Shown: positions 1-3,280 of the stretch, piece after piece
Layout of the letters: the number at the start of each line of letters is the position of its first letter
Position numbering within the stretch: position 1 is the stretch's first letter
Assembly: GCA_000004695.1 (NCBI GenBank)
Contig: CH709164.1
Location: forward strand, 1-3,280
Direction of reading: 5' to 3'
Origin: Dictyostelium discoideum
Taxonomy: Eukaryota
Length of the DNA: 3,280 nucleotides
Translations under genes and position numbers: made by a program
Notes under the pieces: generated by a model
Seen by the model: the letters and a program-made list of their open reading frames with translations, nothing else
Databases searched by the model: none
What the model was told of the DNA's origin: nothing

Positions 1-89
1 GATATATTAATCAGTGGTGTTCTTTTCCTAGATTCGTAATCTGCTATCTTTCACAGAGGCATTGGTTTATTTCAGTTGCTCCAATTCAA

Positions 90-434
90 ATGTTAGAAGA
101 ACTTTACACTATGAGTAAATCTTCAAAATATTCAAATCAAGTACTTTTTTCAAGTGGTAAAGAAGAATATTTATCAAGTTTTAATAACTTTATATCTCAA
201 AGATTTGATGATTTTAAAATTATACTTCAAGAAGTTTCATCATTTAATGATAATAATAATAATAATAATGAATTACAACTATTTAAAAATTTAAAAATTG
301 ATTCAAATTTATTAATGAAATATACAGATACTATAATTACTTTAATTTCAGAGAAAAAACAAAATTTAATTGATAATGATGATAATCAATTTAATGATGA
401 AGTCTTGGGAACCATCAACTCTCAAAGTATATAG
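90..434 (+). CDS. Hypothetical low-complexity ORF (poly-Asn). Frame +3 is open from window position 3, so it may continue upstream of the window. It is possibly the C-terminal tail of the element's upstream ORF, and it overlaps the YR ORF in another frame across 370-434.
   Basis: Frame +3 runs from position 3 to the TAG at 432-434. Codon usage is Dictyostelium-like (AAT, GAT, TTA) at about 20% GC, with (AAT)6 at 252-269. I recognise no conserved domain. Composition jumps to about 38% GC near 400, where the YR domain begins. Confidence 0.3.
   Translation: MLEELYTMSKSSKYSNQVLFSSGKEEYLSSFNNFISQRFDDFKIILQEVSSFNDNNNNNNELQLFKNLKIDSNLLMKYTDTIITLISEKKQNLIDNDDNQFNDEVLGTINSQSI
246..269. repeat. Trinucleotide tract aat gat (aat)6, encoding NDNNNNNN in ORF 90..434.
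   Basis: Read directly. Confidence 0.9.
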
Positions 435-1316
435 CTCCAGTTATACAAGATTCCGCAATTTCTGTACTTTGAACTCTTTGAATCCAGCAAACATTACCTT
501 AGTTGTTTTCATGGATTATCTTACACATCTTTTCAAGCACAAACCTCCGTTAGCCTTCTCAACAATTAACGGTCATAGCTCTATGTTGAATCAGTTGTTG
601 CTCCTTAGGAATCAAACTGATATTGTTAATGATCCATTCATTACAAGAATTATAACTGGTATTCACAAGTTACGTCCTTCATCAGCAAAGTATAAAGAGA
701 TATGGGATGCAAATCAAGTATTCAAGCACTTATCTACTATCAAAGTCATCCCCAAGTTCACATACACTGCGCTATTAAACAAGACACTTGTTCTCTGTAA
801 AATGTTTGGTTTAGCAAGATCATAAGACTTGGTGAAGTGGTCGTTCAAAGGTCTCATTATTACTACTGACTCAATCAAAGGTCCAGTTATTAATGCTAAA
901 GAACAAAGAAGTGGTGTTGTTTCAATCTTATAATTAACTTCGTTAGATGATACAAACTCCCAAGTATGTCCTGTTCGCCTCCTTGCAACATACCTTAGAG
1001 CCTCTAAAGGAAGAAGAAAGCCCCATTCGGGTGACTCTGTCTTTGTTAAGAATGAGGGTGAACCTCTGGAAGTTAATGATATTAATTCAATTGTATTATC
1101 AACACTCTCAAGCTCCGGTATTGATACTAGCAAGTTCAAATCTCACTCTACCCGTTCAGCTATGGCTTCTCTGTGCTGTTGTCCAATAATGTTCCTTTCC
1201 ACGTTGTCAATAAGATGAGTCGCTGGAAATCAAACGATACTGTAGATACCTTCTACGATAAAAGAATCATTGGTGAAAAATCTGGTGCCACTATTTATAC
1301 GTTTTTATTTTCTTAA
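370..1316 (+). pseudogene. DIRS-like tyrosine recombinase (integrase-family YR), copy 1. It is disrupted by in-frame TAA codons at 823-825 and 931-933 and by a 2-bp (tg) insertion frameshift at about 1172-1175, which moves the reading frame from +1 to +3.
   Basis: The translation carries the YR N-terminal core-binding-like segment (SWEPSTLKVY...FRNFC...VVFMDYL...FSTINGHSS). Box I reads GLARS*DLVKWSF, with the TAA at 823 sitting at the usual Glu of R-x-x-E-L. A K-E-x-R hairpin region (NAKEQRSG) and box II H-x-x-R (KFKSHSTRSAMAS) follow. After the frameshift come RWKSNDTVDTFYDKR, which holds the W and the catalytic Tyr, and a stop at 1314-1316. The ORF track splits this gene across 370..825 (+1) and an off-frame 947..1189. 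Confidence 0.75.
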
Positions 1317-1417
1317 AAATTTCGCAAAACTCATAAAAATAAGTGTTTTCGACCCTTCACAACTTTCTGCACTGTGTCGGTTCGGAATTTTTATGTTTTT
1401 CGACCTTGCGCAATGAT
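1284..1417 (-). repeat. Truncated inverted copy of the distal roughly 120 bp of the 291-bp HSE-bearing unit. It behaves like a right-terminal inverted repeat abutting the YR stop codon.
   Basis: By manual alignment, 1284-1417 is the reverse complement of about 2266-2386 and 2561-2699 at roughly 90% identity, including ggtgccactatttatacg matched to cgtataaatagtggcac. The homology stops abruptly after caatgatcg at 1417. Confidence 0.85.
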
Positions 1418-2100
1418 CGAAGACAGGGGCCTCACGCATGCTAACCAAAGCAAAAGCTTTATTAAGTAAAATAAAAATACTGTTCGATATTATACGAACG
1501 AGCCTTCGTAAACGACGCATGTCTGTGATTATAGCAAACACGGACTCCCTTAACTGGGAGCCTTACTATGCCCCCATACGTTTTTCAACTATACACTATC
1601 TCTGTATAATACTCACTTATTAAAGGAATACCCATGCAAACACTCATTTTAAACTGGAAGGCGATTCAGTCGACCGACCAAGGTTTACACCCGAGAGCAA
1701 AACCAATGACTTGACTATAAACAGGACATTGTCGGTGAATTATTTGAACCAACTGATATCCACCCTGATATCACGTGGACTGTACTAGATTACAGTCATC
1801 GCGACTATACAGGCGATATCTATTACGATCTCTTTGCCTTTAAAGGTGACGATGATGTAGGTGACGAAGAGAGTCAGTTAGAGACTCTGTTATACCTCAC
1901 TACACCAACTGAGATAGATTTTAACTTATTGGCGTTTGGGGCAATTTCAGTAATTGACGATGGTGAAGGGGATTGACATTCTTAGTAGATGGTATGGCAA
2001 TCGTGGAATTACGGTTTACTGTAGAATCAACCTGTTGTAGAATCATATATACTGACACAACGGTCATTGGACTTTATACAGAACAGGGTCAGGGGTGTTT
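1418..2100. other. Unique central segment at roughly 40% GC, lying between the two inverted repeat blocks. I cannot place its origin. Its last roughly 30 bp show weak similarity to the unit end.
   Basis: I find no match to any other part of the window. GC content is clearly higher than in the flanking AT-rich repeats. It contains small direct repeats: ctgatatc twice (1753 and 1765) and tgtagaatca twice (2019 and 2035). Confidence 0.5.
1710..1976 (+). other. Met-less open frame of 88 codons bounded by TGA codons. It is acidic (GDDDVGDEESQLETLLYL...). It could be an exon or captured coding fragment, or chance.
   Basis: I translated frame +3 codon by codon from 1710 to 1973 and found no stop. 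A TGA sits at 1707-1709 and another at 1974-1976. There is no ATG, which is why the ORF track does not list it. Confidence 0.2.
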
Positions 2101-2198
2101 ATGACAGTCTTTGAGTTTGCGAAATTTATATTATCATATATATATATTATGAATAACATTTATTTATTTGAATTTCCCAAATATTTAAGATAATTTTT

Positions 2199-2216
2199 TA
2201 GAATGTTCTAGAACAT
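2199..2216. promoter_or_regulatory. Heat-shock element in unit 1. Three alternating perfect pentamers (aGAAt gTTCt aGAAc) sit inside the 14-bp perfect palindrome atgttctagaacat. An A-rich TATA-like run (aagaataaaaaaa) follows.
   Basis: tagaatgttctagaacat matches the Pelham consensus CTnGAAnnTTCnAG at 13 of 14 positions. The palindrome was checked by hand. Confidence 0.55.
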
Positions 2217-2489
2217 GAGAAGAATAAAAAAATTTCGAAAGAAAAGTAAAAATTTCGAACCGGCACAATGACGCGATCATTGCACAAGGTCGAAAAACTT
2301 AAAAATTCCGAACCGACACTATGCACAAAGTTGTGAAGGGTCGAAAATACTTATTTTTTTGAGTTTTGCGAAATTTTTAAGAAAATTAAAAATTTAATTT
2401 ATTAAATTATATTTTATATTAAATATATATATATATATTATGAATAACATTTATTTATTTGAATTTCCCAAATATTTAAGATAATTTTT

Positions 2490-2507
2490 TAGAATGTTCT
2501 AGAACAT
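2490..2507. promoter_or_regulatory. Heat-shock element in unit 2, identical to the unit-1 HSE and 291 bp downstream of it.
   Basis: The same tagaatgttctagaacat sequence, followed by gagaagaataaaaaat. Confidence 0.55.
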
Positions 2508-2740
2508 GAGAAGAATAAAAAATTTTCGAAAGAAAAGTAAAAATTTCGAACCGGCACAATGACGCGATCATTGTCTAAGGTCGAAAAACTGAAAAATTCC
2601 GAACCGACACTATGCACAAAGTTGTGAAGGGTCGAAAACTCGTATTTTTTTGAGTTTTGTGAAATTTTTAAGAAAATAAAAACGTATAAATAGTGGCACT
2701 AAAAAACTAAAACAATTTGATTTATGGAATTCCGACTTAG

Positions 2741-2756
2741 GGCGGGTGGGATGGGA
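2741..2756 (+). other. Canonical G-quadruplex motif GGGCGGGTGGGATGGG, preceded by TTAGGG.
   Basis: Four GGG runs with loops of 1, 1 and 2 nt, read directly. The surrounding sequence is more than 85% AT. Confidence 0.5.
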
Positions 2757-2818
2757 CTAATATATATATATATAATATAAAAATAATTTAATAAATTAAA
2801 TTTTTAATTTATATTATC

Positions 2819-2842
2819 ATATATATATATATATATATATAT
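2819..2842. repeat. (AT)12 microsatellite. Shorter (AT)7-8 tracts sit at 2423-2438 and 2761-2776.
   Basis: Read directly. Confidence 0.9.
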
Positions 2843-3280
2843 TATGAAATTTGGACGACAGTATTTAAGAAACCACCAGATTTTTCACCAATGATTCTTT
2901 TATCGTAGAAGGTATCTACAGTATCATTTGATTTCCAACGACCCATCTTCTTGACAACGTGGAACGGAACGTTATTTGACAACAGCAGAGAAGCCATAGC
3001 GGAACGGGTAGAGTGAGATTTGAACTTGACAATATCAATACCTGACTTTGAGAGTGTTGATAGTACAATTGAGTTCCTCTCATTAACTTAGAGAGGTTCC
3101 CCCTCATTCTTAATAAAGACAGAGTCACCCGAATGGGGCTTTCTTCCTCCTTTAGAGGCTCTAAGGTATGTTACAAGGTGGCGAACAGGGCATACTTGAG
3201 AGTTGGTATCATCTAATGATGATAATTCTAAGATTGAAACAACACCACTTCTTTGTTCTTTAGCATTGATAACGTGGCCC
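2842..3280 (-). pseudogene. DIRS-like tyrosine recombinase, copy 2. This is the 3' portion; the 5' end runs off the window. It has an in-frame TAA (seen on + as tta at 3088-3090), and its C-terminus is altered by the 174-bp segment, with the stop falling at 2842-2844.
   Basis: The reverse complement of 2874-3280 aligns to copy 1 at 880-1290 at roughly 90-92% identity. Its translation is ...NAKEQRSGVVSILELSSLDD...KPHSGDSVFIKNEGEPL*VNERNSIVLSTLSKSGIDIVKFKSHSTRSAMASLLLSNNVPFHVVKKMGRWKSNDTVDTFYDKRIIGEKSGG... The frame is continuous through box II and the Tyr motif because this copy has no tg insertion. Confidence 0.75.

Larger units (their letters stand above)
2108..2699 (+). repeat. Tandem array of about 2.1 copies of a 291-bp unit. 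Each unit is a roughly 240-bp core plus a roughly 50-bp AT-rich spacer with (AT)n. It looks like a DIRS terminal repeat carrying a heat-shock promoter.
   Basis: attatgaataacattt occurs at 2146 and 2437, and the HSE at 2199 and 2490, giving a period of 291. The units are about 95% identical. A partial leading unit spans 2108-2145. Unit 2 ends at 2699 in cgtataaatagtggcac, which is the reverse complement of the copy-1 YR 3' end. Confidence 0.9.
2700..2873. other. 174-bp segment present only next to YR copy 2 and absent from the equivalent junction in copy 1. It contains a G4 motif, an inverted copy of the AT-rich spacer module (2760-2808) and a direct partial unit start (2806-2850). It is a candidate ICR-like region of the element.
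   Basis: In copy 1 the sequence reads ...aaatctggtg|ccactattta... and is continuous. In copy 2 the same flanks are separated by this segment. It is bounded by GTG on the element strand, seen on + as cac at 2697-2699 and 2874-2876. Confidence 0.6.

Noticed and set aside
29-43. Short hairpin agatt-cgt-aatct
   Set aside because: It is a 5-bp stem with a 3-nt loop. That is too small and too common to interpret.
714-1139. 141-aa ORF on the - strand
   Set aside because: It lies antisense to the well-supported YR coding frame and has no recognisable motifs. It is most likely a chance open frame in 38%-GC sequence.
947-1189. 80-aa + strand ORF, and its mirror 2916..3128 on the - strand
   Set aside because: Both lie in the +2 frame relative to the YR gene. 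Their similarity to each other follows from the roughly 90% nucleotide identity of the two copies. The real reading frame is +1, which lacks an ATG and so is absent from the ORF track.
367-1316. Reassigned genetic code with TAA as sense, making the YR genes intact
   Set aside because: The long TAA-free stretch at 400-823 uses CAA and CAG for Gln. ORF ends are marked by TAA or TAG, and copy 1 also carries a real frameshift. Mutation-biased pseudogenisation is therefore the simpler explanation. The idea is kept as a low-weight alternative in the findings.
1305-1623. ORFs 1305..1541 (-) and 1438..1623 (+)
   Set aside because: They span the truncated terminal repeat and the start of the unique segment. 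They are short and low-complexity, and they cross a homology breakpoint.
2239-2310. tRNA T-arm-like ttcgaacc motifs
   Set aside because: There is no flanking stem complementarity and no cloverleaf. The motif is simply part of the aaaaattYcgaacc sub-repeat.
2108-2699. CRISPR-like array
   Set aside because: The repeats are 291 bp long and directly adjacent, with no unique spacers. The context is eukaryotic, AT-rich and transposon-like.

Overview
The window reads like AT-rich eukaryotic DNA of the Dictyostelium type, with a poly-Asn tract encoded by AAT, (AT)n tracts and a GC-poor low-complexity ORF. It appears to be a rearranged cluster of DIRS-like tyrosine-recombinase (YR) retroelement 3' ends. 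A YR gene on the + strand (about 400-1316) is disrupted by two in-frame TAA codons and a 2-bp insertion. It is followed by a truncated inverted copy of a repeat unit (1284-1417), then a GC-richer unique segment (1418-2100). Next come about 2.1 tandem copies of a 291-bp unit (2108-2699), each carrying a palindromic heat-shock element (HSE), then a 174-bp AT/G-rich segment (2700-2873). The window ends with a second, roughly 90% identical YR gene copy on the - strand (2842-3280, running off the window), which has its own TAA stop. The overall layout is therefore a palindrome: YR gene, inverted repeat, centre, direct repeats, inverted YR gene. HSE-bearing terminal repeats after a 3'-terminal YR ORF, with an upstream ORF overlapping it in another frame, match Dictyostelium DIRS-1 (Tdd-1) architecture. 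I cannot confirm that identity without a database search. I see no rRNA, tRNA or CRISPR.
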